Assembly (NCBI RefSeq): GCF_037042905.1 | Contig: NC_087250.1 | Location: 22,756,001 to 22,820,000 of the forward strand | Length of the DNA stretch: 64,000 nt | From: Lytechinus pictus | Lineage: Eukaryota | Direction of reading: 5' to 3' | Part shown: in pieces, positions 1 to 13,825 of the stretch | Layout: each line of letters starts with the position of its first letter | Position numbering within the stretch: the first letter of the stretch is position 1 | Position numbers and translations under genes: made by a program | The notes under the pieces: generated by a model | The model's input: only the letters and a program-made list of their open reading frames with translations | The model's database searches: none | Told to the model about the DNA's origin: nothing

Positions 1-197
1 TACAATGTACATCATATCTAGAAAATATTTTGAAGAAACGTGTATTTTAGATATTGACGTTGCAGGCTTTCCATAGTTGTGATTGATTGGATCAGTCGTA
101 AGTTTTTGGAAGACAGGGCCTTGGTGATGTAATGATATAACACTACAACCCGTACACATCTTCTATTCTTTGTCCACATTTATTCTTAATTGAACAG

Positions 198-303
198 AAG
201 TCAATAACGAGGACCTCTTTGTTGAACGATTACCGGAATATTTAGTTGGGCTATCGCAAGTAAAAAAGACTGTTCTTACTTATATGATGAAACATATGAA
301 GAG
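198..303 (+). CDS. RhoGAP-domain gene (p190RhoGAP/ARHGAP5/35-like), shared upstream exon; earlier exons lie outside the window
   Basis: aacAG|...AG|GTACGT boundaries; reads (E)VNNEDLFVERLPEYLVGLSQVKKTVLTYMMKHMKR and ends in phase 2, matching the RhoGAP helix that precedes the N-x-M motif. Confidence 0.8.
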
Positions 304-325
304 GTACGTATCTTAGCTTAAAGCG

Positions 326-910
326 TTCACACTTAACATGCTATTGCCCTGGCTGCATTCACACTTTTCATCCATAAATCAGTAACATAATTCATTTGCT
401 GCACTCACACTTGTTTCCCTGTCACGTAATGTATTCAGAAACTGTGTCCAAACTTGTTTTCCCATTACATAACAAATTGAGTAGCTGTGTCTACACTTGT
501 TTTCCTATTACATAACATATACAGTAGGTTTTCCCATTACATAACATATTCAGTAGCTATATCCATACATAATTCTGTATTACAAAAACATATTCAGTAG
601 TTGTGTTTACACTTGTTTTCCTCTTACATGACATATTCAGAAACTGTGTCCACACTTGTTTCACTATGACATAACATATTCCGAAGTAGTGTCCACACAT
701 GTTTTCCTATCACATAACATATTCAGTATTATGTCTACACATATTTTCCCATTACATTACATATTTAGTAGATATGTCCACACTTGTTTCCCTATTAATA
801 TATTTAGAAGCTGTGTCCACACTAGTTTCCCTATTACATAACAGATTCAGTAGTTGTGTCCACACTTGTTTTTTATTACATGACATATTCAGAAACTGTG
901 TCCACACTTC
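326..910. repeat. Minisatellite, about 43-bp unit, about 12 or more copies
   Basis: Repeated cacacttgttttcccattacataacatattcagtagctgtgtc; it produces the spurious ORFs at 656-934. Confidence 0.9.
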
Positions 911-1247
911 CCTTTTTATAATAATATGAAACATCTGTCAGATTCACACATGGTGAAATTTACCACACAAACATTGATGATTTGCACAAGCTCAGTTACA
1001 TTTCTATAGGGTAAGCCCAGCAAATGATTTCTTCCCCCAAGATTGTGGAGATCAAATATGTGATTTTCGGCCCCATTCGATAAAATTTACTATTATGGAA
1101 CATTATTCAATCAATTACCATTGATGAAATGAGTTATAGAGGTAAGTTTTAAGCTTAGCATCCTCAATGATGAACACTATAGTTATTTTTTTTTTTAAAT
1201 AGAAAATGGGACTGAGATGACTAATTTGCTATTTGATTGTATAGATT

Positions 1248-1558
1248 GGCCCGTATTCTGAAGTCGGGTTTAAGTTAAACTCAGGTTTAAAGTTGTGGTT
1301 TAAGTATGGGAAGCCAAAAGTATCAAATTTGTTATTAAGTTGTATGTTTCTTATGTTAACTGTGCTCTGTCCTAATTCATCGATGGTGAAGCCAATAATC
1401 TTTTTATACTTCCTAGACAATTATGAATGATTTGAGAGCCAAATGAGCTGAAGTATGATATCTCTACTGTTAGTGATTTATGTAACAATTGGCTCGCCAT
1501 ACTTAAACCACAACTTTAAACCTGAGTTTAAGTTAAACCCGACTTCAGAATACGGGCC
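1248..1558. mobile_element. MITE with long TIRs (GGCCCGTATTCTGAAGTCGGGTTTAA); related copies at about 7084-7387, 31029-32030 and 41048-41359
   Basis: About 60-bp inverted termini; four copies in the window. Confidence 0.85.
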
Positions 1559-3654
1559 ATAGAATTCAGAAGAAAGAAATAAAGCACCGCTTGCAGCTGA
1601 AAGATAGTTTCACAATCCGCCCTAATGCTTACAAGTATTTTGATTCACGTAATAGAAATGTAGGCTGTGCACAACCTGACCATTAATTGTGGGCGTTTTG
1701 ATGTGTTGCACTGAAAGACTTACAAGGATGGCACTGTAGAAATTCATCAAATTATCCAATTTATTTCCCCTCTGTTTGAATGCCTTGCCCTACATGTATG
1801 TAAAATGGACCAGCCCACCTACCATGCATGCTTGTGCACTATAAAGACACCCACCACCTTCCCCAGTCTATATTTATTGTGTGATCTGCTGTAGGATTTT
1901 ACACGTATGCACCTGCCGTTTCCTTTTATTTTTACCTGAAATACCTGCTTGGCAAATGATTTGTGTCCTTATAAGGAAAATTAGTGATGTAACTAAGCAA
2001 AATATTTAAATATTATTGATAAGTAAGGTCATTGTGAAGGAAGAGTATTGAAACTTAAATAACTGCAATATTTTTTACAATGTATATCTGGTATTCCATT
2101 CTTGAATTAATTTCATTTCTAGAATAATCCTTTTGGTTTTATCTATATTTTCCTTACTTTTTGCTTAGCATAGAATTTTCTCAATCGACTTTTTTCTTAG
2201 TTACTTTCAGAAATATTTTATGATGTTAGTTGGATATTTGATTAAAAAAAAAAAGCTGAAGCTTATTGTTGAAGTATTACTTTGTTAATTAATTACTTTT
2301 TCCTCTCTGAAATGTTAGCAATATTTTATCAGAAATGTTTGATATGAGGAAAAATTGGCTTGTACATTTGTTGTTGATTCTAGTTAGTATTATATATGCA
2401 AATATGTCCTTAGATATGAAAAAAAATATTGAGTATTTGATATGAGGAGAAGATGCTGAAGTGTATTTTCTGATACTACTGTAGTATTACTGCAAACATA
2501 TATCTTTTATCCTTTTATTAACTTTATGAATATTGTAGGGACTGTCCATGTGATATGATTTGAAGAGAAATAACTCACGAGCTGCATGCAAAACTGAATT
2601 GCTTGAAAAAAAATATTTTTGTTGAAATTTGAATGTAAATTGACAGAATAGATTATCAAAAATGTTTATAGCATGAGTAGAATTCACATGGCATGATAAT
2701 TTTTTTTTTAGTATCACTTTTTGGTCCCAAATTTATAGCTTATTGTAAGTAACGGTTTATGTGGTTGAATAGACATCTGGGCTAGGTACACAAAGATTAG
2801 TAATTGATCGTAGGGCTAATCTTATGATTGACTGCATTGATCACTATGTGCAATTGAGGATACAAATCAACTGTAAGATTAAACGCTAAGCTTTGTGTTA
2901 CCTGCCCCAGGTTATGGAACATTCAGTAAATTTACGAGTTTTGACGCTTTGATGATATCCATACTCGCTTAAACTAAAAGGAAACCCAAAGTTTCGGTCA
3001 TGTGATGGATGTGAGTGTGGATTGTTGTATTGTGTCTTGGCATGAAATTTGTGAGGTCAACTACGCTTAATTGTATGTCTTGAAATAGCCTTTAAAAAAT
3101 TTTGTTTGTAAATACTAAAATAATGTACGTGAATTAGAGCATCTGAGATACATGTATATATAGAATGTAAGCCTTCATTTTATTTCCAAATATTGACATT
3201 TATTTACCCAGAGGTCACATTAATTAGTACTGGGCTTGATGAAATTATTTTTAAATTATAATAATATTGATAAGAGACATCTATATATTTCTGCTTATTG
3301 ATATTTAGATAAATCGATTCCTTGCTCACTTTTATTTTGCCTGGCTCCAGTTCGGTTATTAGGTTATGTTTAGATTATATATTTGAACTAGTATTCGAAA
3401 AAAGAAAAAAAAAGAGCAAATTCTAATTCTTTCCATGTTGATTAAAAGACACCATAGAATGATACAAAAGCTCCATGTGCTTATGTTGACAGTTTTTACT
3501 TAGATGTCATTTGCATTGGACACAATGTGGGATACATGTATGATTAATAAGTTGGCTATTCTAAATCACAAATAGATCAAGATATTTACATTTATTAGAC
3601 TCCTTTCTTTACCTTATGACTTTTCATAAAGATGGTGCCTACTCCGACAGTTTA

Positions 3655-4066
3655 ATTTCATAATGCACAATTGTACAGTACTCCATCATGTGTATAATTT
3701 TGACTATTTCACTTTGCCCAAGAGTTAAACTCAATGCCCTCTATATATACTGTCATAATGCACAGGCTTACACCGTTGTGTGTATAATTTGGACTATTCC
3801 ACTTTGCACAATAGTTAAACTTAATGCCCACTACTTAGTGTCATAATGCACAGGCTTACACCATCGTGGGTATAGTTTGGACTATTCCACTTTGCCCAAG
3901 AGTTAAACTCAATGCCCACTACTTACTGTCATAATGCACAAGCTTACACCATCGTGGGTATAGTTTGGACTATTCCACTTTGCCCAAGAGTTAAACTCAA
4001 TGCCCACTACTTACTGTCATAATGCACAAGCTTACACCATTGTGTATAATTTGGACTATTCCACTA
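3655..4066. repeat. Tandem repeat, 88-bp unit, 5 copies, running into the exon A acceptor
   Basis: cataatgcac starts at 3659, 3754, 3842, 3930 and 4018. Confidence 0.92.
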
Positions 4067-4071
4067 TATAG

Positions 4072-4252
4072 GATAACGCAGTGCTCCGAGGAGAATCTCA
4101 TGACCGCCGAAAATCTGTCCATATGCTGGTGGCCTTCCATGCTGCACCCGCAAAGCAAATCATTTGACGACCTCGCAAACGAAGCACTTCTCGCGGCAGT
4201 CTTCAAGCTCATAGTAGAACACTCAGAAACGCTCTTTGATTTTTTCACGTGA
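4072..4252 (+). CDS. RhoGAP C-terminal exon, variant A
   Basis: tatAG acceptor, phase 2; (R)ITQCSEENLMTAENLSICWWPSMLHPQSKSFDDLANEALLAAVFKLIVEHSETLFDFFT*. Resembles the p190 RhoGAP motif NLMT..NLSICFWP. Confidence 0.85.
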
Positions 4253-7200
4253 GCACGGGTGCCCCATAGACTTCACGCACTGAACCACTGATGTTCAGTT
4301 TAAAAGTATAGCCAGCCTTAATAAACTGCGAGATTATACTATTATATATAGCAAGGTATTTCCAGCGTCTTATCCGCGCCTATATGCAGCGGAACAGACT
4401 GGTGTATTTCTACTTTATTTTCTACACTGTATTAAAATAAGGCACCCACAGTTATATTTGTTATATATCGAGCACTGGAGGAGAGGATATTTGTTATTGT
4501 TTTAAAATGAATTCTGCCCTCGCTTGGTGATGGAAAGAAGATAACCCTCGTTTCCTGATTACGGGGATGTAGCACTCTTGAATGATGTCAGTTGGTGGAA
4601 CGGGAGACTCGGTGATCATTCTGTCTGGAAGAAGATCTTCAGTGATTTATCTATCGGCTGAGGGAATGACCATACCGGAAATCGCTCTGGCGCATCGATG
4701 AGGGGATGATTCTAGTTGGTTCAAAGAAGCAGATATATGTCATTTTTTAATCATTAACCGGAGCTGTCAATGTGGATAGATGTATTGATGCTGTAGCGTT
4801 TGAATGACAGAATCTCTTTGAACTGAATCACTTATTTGATTTTTAATACAACGGCATCATTTATGGATTCCAGTCATCTCTAACTGTCGCAAGGATTAGT
4901 GCATTCAGTTAGCAGCACTCATATGCACTCATGGTTATCAATCATTACCACCATGCGATCTTGATTACCCACAATGCATCACTGATTACCCATGATGCAT
5001 CACTGACTAACCCTGTCACAGGGCCATGTTCACTCAACACCAGACACCTCAGAAAACATTGAGACTGTTTAGTCACTGTCCTAGCAAGATTCCTGGGGAG
5101 GGATTCACAAAGATTTACGTTAACAAAAAAATACTTTTAAGTTACCAGTAATGTGTTGTAGATAACGCAACACCGGAATGGTCAGATCATTGGATGTTCT
5201 TAACTGGACATTAATCAATGAGATGGCATGTTGAATTTGATGTGCGTGTTGGAGCATGATTTTTCCAGAGACCTAAATCTTTCTGAGACACCTTCCAGAT
5301 CAAGAAAATCTTACTATTATATTATGAAATGATATTATTATTATTATTAATTTGATTTAAAATGAAATGAGTGACAGTGAGAAACTATAGTATGTTATCA
5401 AATGGGGCCTAGACACTTGTCCACTTACGTAACGTCATGATTATAATTTCTGAAATAGTCTTGGCTTGGTCAAGATTTGTTTTACGATGGGCAATGAAGA
5501 GCGATGACTTTTTACATTCACTTTTGAACTTTCTATCATCTTTTTAGCCTATGTAATTTCAACATTAGCAGGGTTGTCTATATAGTAAAGAACTAGTATT
5601 GACCTTTTTTCTTGATGGCAAAAATGAGTAAACTTTTAAACCTTTTTCGTTATTCGGATTTAAAATCATGAATTGAAATAGGGCCCCATGTTGAATGTAT
5701 TGTCAGTTAAGTTTATTTCAAATTGTTATATTTTTCACTTTCTGTGAAAAAGATGGAACCTACATTGTCATAAAGGTACTGCTAAAAACAGATCAAATCT
5801 GTTTTGAAATTATATGGAGGTATAATTTGTTGAGTAATCATTGAGTGTTTATTCAGCCGCTGCCTTTTTTAATTGGTTCAAGGTATTATATTGTTTTCAA
5901 ACTTGTTTATATGTAGGGGTAATACATGCCTAAACCTTAGGACGATGGTAAATCCAGATCTATATATTATGCTTCAGGCGTTATTAAGAAAACATGTAAA
6001 GTAAAGCCTGATCATGAGTATCTTGAGTAGTTTTCAACGTCATGGTGATGAGTATTAAATCTTGCTTTTGAAGAAATTTGATATTCTATACATTCCCAGT
6101 TATGTAGGATTTTTTTTTTTACAGTGATTGAGCTGTATACATGTTTTTATTGCTCATATCTCTTGGTAGAGTCATAGCAATGGCTTAGTGTATTTTTTTA
6201 ATGAAAAATAGAGGTCCAATGAAGGATCCTTGTGGCACACCACTTTTTGCTTCAAATGCCTACTTGTAAGCCTCATATATACTGGTTATTGTTTCTGCCA
6301 GGTCTTGTGTTTCTCACATTTCTTTGAAGGAAAAAAGTGATACATGCTATGTTAGATTTGGTGGCATTTGTCAATTTTATAGTTTTCCAAATCAAGGTAT
6401 TATTTTCTTTCTTAGCCTCGATTCAATCGTAATTGAACTCATATAATTGTATATGGATTATTAATGCTTATTCGATTTTTTGTACCATCCATGGCTTAGC
6501 AATTCAATTTTCACCTGTTCCAAACAAATTTCACTATGTTTAAATTCTTACATGTTTTCCACTCATTACTTTAGAGAAGTGGTTATTCAACATCATTTGT
6601 ATATTAGTTACCAAAGTTTAATTTGAAAATCATTCATTATCTTACCATACATTGTATTTCTCATTCATTTAACTCTCATTATTCATCCATACCCCTTCAT
6701 TACACTTGGAAATATCAAAAGCTTTTCCCCATTTCTGTACTCTACTTCATCTTATACCCTGGGAAAGTTTGCTTTAGAGTTAAAAAGACTTGATGGGCCG
6801 GTAACGTAAAGCTTCGCGATTGATCGTAGGGCTAATTTCTATGATTGATCATACACAATAGTCAATGCAATCAATCTTAGAAATTAATCGCTAAGCTGTA
6901 TTTTACAGGGGCCCAGATGTGCAATCCTTTCCTGTTTTTCTCAAGCTGTTTTAAACAATTTGGCTTCCATCTCAGCAGTACACACCAAAATACCCCTATG
7001 AATAAAATGGAATCATCCAACTTGCTTCTCTCTGTTATTCGCAAAGTCATTGGGTGATAGATAACACATACATGTAAAGTCACTGAACCGTATTCTGAAC
7101 TCGGGTTTCAATTAGACCCTGGTCTTAAGTTGTGGTTTTACTATGGAGAGCCAATTGGGGCACAAATCCCTAACAGTAAAAATCCACTTTATTAACTCAT

Positions 7201-9054
7201 TTGACACTCAAATTGTTCATAGTTGTCTGGGGTAATAACTCAATTATTTGTCTTCATTATATAAGCAAAAGGAAACTAAATAGTAAATATGAGAAATATA
7301 TAGTATAAACAGAATTTTTGGCTACCCATAATTTTAGCACAGAGTTAGACTGGGGTCTAAGTGAAACCTGACTTCAGAATATGGTCCCTAGTCAAAAGTT
7401 GCTGGGTCATGTTGCAAAGTGTTTAGTGACTGATCATATGTTAAGAATTTACGATTAATTATACATTGTGTTCTTGCGTTCAGTTGGTAAGCTTTGTATG
7501 TGTGGTTTCTGAAAAGACAAAAATCGTACGGTTGTATGTTAATTTCATCAGCAGAAGTCAGAAATTTACAAGCATACATGTAGGTGAGCATTGTTTTAAT
7601 TGCAGGTGCCAATTTTGGCTATACATGTAACTGAATAATTATGATAATAGAGGTATACAGTATTAACAACACTTTCAAATTTCTGAGAATTTGTGAAGAT
7701 TTATTTTCTTTTATACACTTGAAGTTGTTTGCAAAGTCTTTTAAGAAGATACTCTCTCTCTCTGTGTTACCTGTACCACATATGTGTGAGACCATCACCA
7801 TTTTTTTACTGCATACCGAACATCAAAATCTATTAAAATGTAATCCATGCTTCAAGCAGTTAGAGGAAAAAATGTAATTAACATGCATTTTCCTCTTTTC
7901 ATTTTGATATAAAAAGCATATAAAATCATTTACTCCTCTGAAACAGGCAGTGTGATCATATTGGTCATTTCATTTTCATTAATAAATAATTTGATGATAC
8001 TGATAATGCTCATAATGATGACAAAGATAATGGTATTGATTATTATATTTATAATGATACATACAGTATTATAAGGATAAAGATAGTGATAATGAGAATG
8101 ATAAGAGTAATGATGATATTAATAATATCATCATCATTATTAATGATAATTATTGATGATGATGATGATATTGTAGTAAAAATGCAAATATACATTTATT
8201 ATGCAGAATTATCAAGGCACTAATTTTCTATATTACCCTGGCTTTACAGCTATATGAAGGCTATTAGTAGCAAAGTTAATGGGTTGATAGAGAACATGGA
8301 TTGATTATCTATTCTGTGCATTTGAAGGATAGTATAGCCATTGTTCAAACAGATGATGATTTTCTGTTTACATGTAGATGATCCTAATAGAACAGAAGGG
8401 CATTCCACGAAACAAACAGTTTGCAATTTTCACTGGCAATGTCATTCTGAGCCAATCAGGTGCTGGGATTTCAGTAGCTTAGAACAAATAATCAGTGAAA
8501 GCCACAACCTTTTGTCTATTGAAATGCTCCTGTTGTGTATATGATCTGGGCTCCGTAACACAAAGGTTTACGATGAGACGCAAATATGAAAGAGCCGCAC
8601 TGATTGGTTCCTGGTCAGAATTTTAAACCAAATGTGCGTGTAACGTTGATATTGAATCGTCAGTTCATTTAGCGATTGTTCGCTAATCTTTGTGTTACGG
8701 AGCACAGAAATCATATGGATAGCCTCTGAATAGAAGCTGGTTGGTGTACATGGGTACTACTAAAACCTGAATATATGGATTTGATTTAAAAGGTACACGT
8801 AATAATGCATGTGGGTCTAACCTAAAGCCACTGCGCATCTTACAATTGGTCTGCTCTGATTTTGGAAGAAAATGTAGTAAAATTTGATGTGAATATTGAG
8901 ATATGGAAATATCTTACTGTGCAAGGTTCTAAATCATGGTATGAACACTTGTATGTTCAAATTTGTTACTATGCTACCTTAACCATCCTTAGAATAAAAG
9001 CGATCTAATTTTAATGTCATCATAGCAGGAACTAATACAAAGGTTAGTGATTAA

Positions 9055-9425
9055 AGGTATTGTTTAACTTTGTGAGCAGCCGATTTAAAAAATTCTCAAA
9101 CCAAGATGAAACATGTGTACAAGTGCATGTATTAGAACTAATAAACCCTGAAAACAACCATTATTGAGAATGAAAAGCTAAAACTACAAGGCAAACCCCG
9201 ATTTTTTAAATAGGCGTCTTATAGACGCATGAATAGTACACATAAGTGTATGGGATGAAATTAAGATGGTGTTTTCGGTCACTTTATATATTTTTCAATT
9301 TAAATAATTATTTTCGAACGCAATTTTTTCTGGGCTTCATTTTTGTAACATATCACAGACACAGGTGACAAGTGTGACCTTCTAGCTCAGATTTTTAAAA
9401 GTCAAACCAATGTTAACCAATCACT
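9055..9425. mobile_element. Kolobok-like non-autonomous element nested in a small MITE
   Basis: TTAA on both sides, AG..CT termini, imperfect 18-bp TIR. Confidence 0.65.
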
Positions 9426-9770
9426 TTAATCTTATGCTTGACTTTCACGATTAATCGTAAGAAAATGTTCCTTTGAATTCTCAGCTTTGTGTTATTGGCC
9501 CCTGGCCTTCAAAATAAAGGCCTGCAATCAGCCAAAATTGTTATATTTGTATTTTACAATTAATTTGAACCTGAAATAAAAAGAGATCACTCACATTTTC
9601 AGAAAATAAGCAAAATGCGATTTGTTTCAAAATCAGATCATGGATCAGTCCTAAGTTGTGCGGTGGCCTTAAGGTTCATACGCAAGCAAAAGCCTGAAAA
9701 CTGCAAAAAAATCTGCTGGCATGGCAGGCAAACCTGTGTGATAACGTGGATCGTTCCATTATTCCTGTAG

Positions 9771-9942
9771 GGTGACAGGTCACCATGATGGAAACAAAAT
9801 GAAGGCAGAGAACGTTGCTATATGCTGGTGTCCATCCATCCTACAAGTCCCCCCGGAGGACTTCCATACAAAGTGGATGATCCTGACACGAATCCTCCAA
9901 CTGATGATTGAGAACGAGGATGTCTTTGATATCGCCGAGTAA
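9771..9942 (+). CDS. RhoGAP C-terminal exon, variant B
   Basis: ttcctgtAG acceptor, phase 2; (R)VTGHHDGNKMKAENVAICWCPSILQVPPEDFHTKWMILTRILQLMIENEDVFDIAE*. Confidence 0.8.
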
Positions 9943-10135
9943 TTCAATCCCTCCGGAGGACTTCCATACAAAGTGGATGATCCTGACACGAATCCTCCAA
10001 CTGATGATTGAGAACGAGGATATCTTTGATATCGCCGAGTAATTCTGTCCCTCCGGAGGACTTCCATACAAAGTTGATGATCCTGACACGAATCCTCCAA
10101 CTGATGATTGAGAACGATATCGCCGAGTAATTCTG
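9849..10135. repeat. Tandem triplication (100-bp period) of the 3' end of RhoGAP exon B, including its stop codon
   Basis: ggaggacttccatacaaag at 9855, 9955 and 10055. Confidence 0.93.
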
Positions 10136-10495
10136 CTAAATTAGGTAGTCTGTAATAGGCGCGTGGACTGCTGCGCTACTTTTGATAAGTAGAATCCTGT
10201 ATGCTTTTTGATACGGTTGTAAAAAAAACCCATCTCATTCATAGTTTTATAGTCTTAGCATTGTAAAATTTCTTTTATTTTCATTGTAAGCGGTCTGGGC
10301 CTAATGGGAAAAGAACTGTATAAGTAATAAGTATCATTATTATTATTATTACCATAAAATAAAAGATCGTGAAGATCGAATACTCCCATAGATGATAGAG
10401 AATAAAGGAAGTGTCTGTGATATCGCTGGTTAGTTGTGTTAATACAGGGTCTTCAGTAGGCTTGTGTAGCAAGGTGTTGTTCTTGATGTACTTAA

Positions 10496-10775
10496 AGGCC
10501 TGGTCCCACTGGCCGACGGACACAACGTATTCATAACGGATACATCGGTCCAAGCAAAATTTTTGGGTGGCTCCATCCGTTTTCATCCGCTCCAGACAAT
10601 GGACAAAATGGGCGAACTATGAAATCACAGTGGACGGATGCTCGATGGATATAGAGCGTATGAAACACGTATGCAAGGAGTACACAATGGATACAAAACG
10701 TTTTCCAACGGATGGCAAAATTCTTATCCGTTTTATCATCCTCTCTGCATCCGTAAGTGCAGTGGGACCAAGCCT
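10496..10775. mobile_element. PIF/Harbinger-like MITE
   Basis: TIR aggcctggtcccactg / cagtgggaccaagcct with TAA target duplication. Confidence 0.75.
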
Positions 10776-10789
10776 TAAACATTTTGATA

Positions 10790-11770
10790 ATATGACTTTA
10801 GATTGTATTTTCAATTATTCAAAGTCTATTATCCTGACATGAATACTCAGACTGATGTTTGAGATGAGGATCTTTGACATCAATGATTAGTTCTGATAAA
10901 TTGGCTGGTGATCTGTTACAGAGGAGTCAGTCTTTACATGTATTCATTCTTATTTTATAGTTTTTGATTGTATTGTCAGTTATACAAAATAGATGATCCT
11001 TATACAGATACTGGAACTGATGCTGAAGAAAGAGAAGGGTAGGCCTATCTTTAATAACACTGATTAATTCTGATAAAATGGCTGGTGGTCTAAAATAGGC
11101 TTGTGTACAGAGGAGTGAGTCTTAACATGCAGACATTATTATACAGTTTTAGATCGTATTGTCAATTATACAAAATGGAGCCTTACACAGATAATGGAAC
11201 TGGTGTTTAAGAAAGAGAAGAGTATCTTTAATATCACTGATTAATTTTGATAAAATGGTTGGCGGCTTGTGATAAGCTTGTATTCCAAGGTGTTTATAGC
11301 CTTGATATATAGGATTTTTAATACAATTATGAATTATGCAAAATGGAAAATACATAAATACCCAGAATACACTAAGCGAAGGTAGAGAAAGATGAGAGTA
11401 TCTTTAATAACACTGATTGATTCTGATAAGATAAGATGATGGTGGGCAATTCCATAAAATATGCACGTCCGACCCCAAGTACGTGAGACCTTCATGGCAT
11501 TTTCTGTCTCTGATTTCTGGTTCTTTTGACAGTCTGTAATGCTCTCAAATGATCATGACTTGGTCAGTTTATAAAGTGGAGTAAAACTTGGGGGTCGGTT
11601 TAGTATTTTACAGAATTGCCCTGGTGTATAATGGGCTTGTGTTCCAAAGTGTTAGTCTTGATTTATGTACCATTTAATACAATTATGAATTATACAAAAT
11701 GGAAAATAATTACCAAGAATACACCCAGTGAAGGAAGAGAAAGAGGAGAATGTCTTTAGCATCACTGACT
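10790..11770. repeat. Degenerate tandem repeats of about 180-200 bp
   Basis: Recurring blocks such as tatctttaataacactgattaattctgataaa and aattatacaaaatgga. Confidence 0.65.
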
Positions 11771-12196
11771 GATATTGTTGCTAGGTTACACTTAATGAGG
11801 TATTTGGAACCTTGATTATCTGTAATAGACCCTGTGGAACTGTTTCATAAAACTTGTTATAATAGCAAACATGCAGCAACTGTTTAAAGCTACTGAAATC
11901 ATTCAATCTGATTGGTTGATAGTAAACTTTTTATCAATTTTTACAATGGCAATTCTCTGTGAACCCCACCCCCCTGAATTAGAATGAATGCTCCTTATTG
12001 CAAAACAAAAAGAGGAGTGCCAAAATGACGAAGTAAAGTAAGTATGAGTCTGGCTATGTAAATCAATTTGAATATTATCAGTGGACCCATTAATTAAGAA
12101 TTGAGTTTTATTTATGCTTAACTGTAGCAGTAATCATGAATGTATAGTGTCCTGTGAAAAAACATGCATTTGATTATTGGGCTCATTTTCAATGCA

Positions 12197-12427
12197 CAGT
12201 TGTACTTTAAAGTTAGTGAACCCCGCTACAAAATGCACTCCTTCATGCTGAGTGTTGTGTGTAGACATGACTACAATGTTCTGTATTAAAGCCCAGAGAA
12301 ACAAACTTTATTGAATGTCATATTTTTTCACCTAACTTCACAATTAATTTTCTAAAACATGGCAGAATGTGGACACTTTAAATATGTTCATTTTCTGGTA
12401 GGGTTCCCTAACTTTTGAGCACCACTG
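12197..12427. mobile_element. Tc1/mariner-like MITE; partial related copy at about 34677-34860
   Basis: CAGT...ACTG termini with an imperfect TIR of about 27 bp; TA at the right flank. Confidence 0.6.
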
Positions 12428-13295
12428 TATATGCTGTAGCATAATTTGGTTGTGAAATCTGTATGTTATGTTCTCAGAGCAGGCTTTCAAACCACAATGG
12501 GTGATTTCAAGTTCAGTGTTTACCTTTTGGTGTTGGTGTTAGGTTAATTTTTACACGATTATAACACCAAACCTAAAATGAAGATGGTCCCGAAAAGTCA
12601 CTCACTAGTTGTTGAGATGTCAATAATGTGATCTGGATCAGTTTTACAAACTCTGAATAAGTTTTGGAGCTAGGGGAAGCAATCCAAATTTCAACACCAA
12701 CACCAAGGCCAACACCAGACTTGAAACCACAATCAGGTTGTGGATTGTCATACTTGAAACAATTGTTTCATGTAATGCTGTGTATCCTTTCAAAAGGAGA
12801 TTATTGTCTGTGTTTATGGGGAACTCGACACTGTTATGATAAAAATCACCCAGACGAGAACAAGATTTATGACAAGGAGATGTTATCTTATGCCACTGAA
12901 AAGGCCTTATAGTAAGGTCATCATCTCAGTTTGCCTGGCCTGACAGGTGCCCAAGGCTAAAGCAGGCTTGGCTGAACAGTTTTTCAGTGGTACGCGTTTG
13001 CTGTTCCCCAAAAGATGTCTCTTATACAGGCATCTTCTGTGCTTTTCATAAAGTCTGGTGTCGGCAAATGATAATCCACTCCCAAAGATGAAGGAAGCTG
13101 ACGCCCATCAGACTTTTGATAGCGTATCGTCCTTTTTGTCTTTAAGGGGAATTGCCCTTCCTGCCCTTTCAATTCACTGTTCGTAGTAACTCACTTTCAT
13201 CTGACTCTTCATTCAGAACACTCTTTAATCAATATTAATTCCCTAATCACACTAGGCTCTATTAGTAGCCAGGCCATCACTCATATTACATTTAT

Positions 13296-13825
13296 AATTA
13301 TATCCTACTTAGAGTAAATCCTGTATAGTGATTGGTTCAAGTAGCATCATGTGACCTAATATATTTCAACTATGATGTTGCGTGACGTCAGACCTCGATA
13401 TATTTTTGGATATACCAATATTATGACGTCATTATTTCACAAAACTGGATATCTCGGCGCACCGGCTTGCGCGCTCTCTCTCCCGGGCGCGCAAGTCCAG
13501 CGCGATGCGTCAGCGCAGACACTAATCTGCGTTCCGCTGAGCGCGGTGGCTCGGAGAAAAGTAGGTAATTCAACGCAAGTAACAGGACTTTGCATGCTCA
13601 GCGCATAGATTTTGGTTATAAATTATTAAAAGTAGGATATAAAACAAATATATCAGGCGTTTCATTCGAAAGCATAGTGGGAATTATTAATCCTCGGTTG
13701 GACTGGCAAAACTACTATATTTCCCTCGGGGCTTCGCCCCTCGGGGAAAAATAGTAATTGCCAGACCAACCTCGGATAAATAATTCCACTATACTTTCTC
13801 AAAGCCTGATATATTTGTTTATTAT
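13296..13825. mobile_element. Unclassified element with a 12-bp sub-terminal inverted repeat and a terminal palindrome of about 180 bp
   Basis: tatatcctactt (13299) / aagtaggatata (13630); arms 13642-13730 and 13738-13820 around GCTTCGC; CpG-rich core in an AT-rich intron. Confidence 0.65.

Noticed and set aside
3655..4066. CRISPR-like array (also 326-910 and 28715-29230)
   Set aside because: Units repeat in full with no unique spacers; eukaryotic context with no cas genes.
13065..13112. SECIS- or C/D snoRNA-like ATGA...TGA motif
   Set aside because: No convincing stem, and not preserved in the paralogous block.
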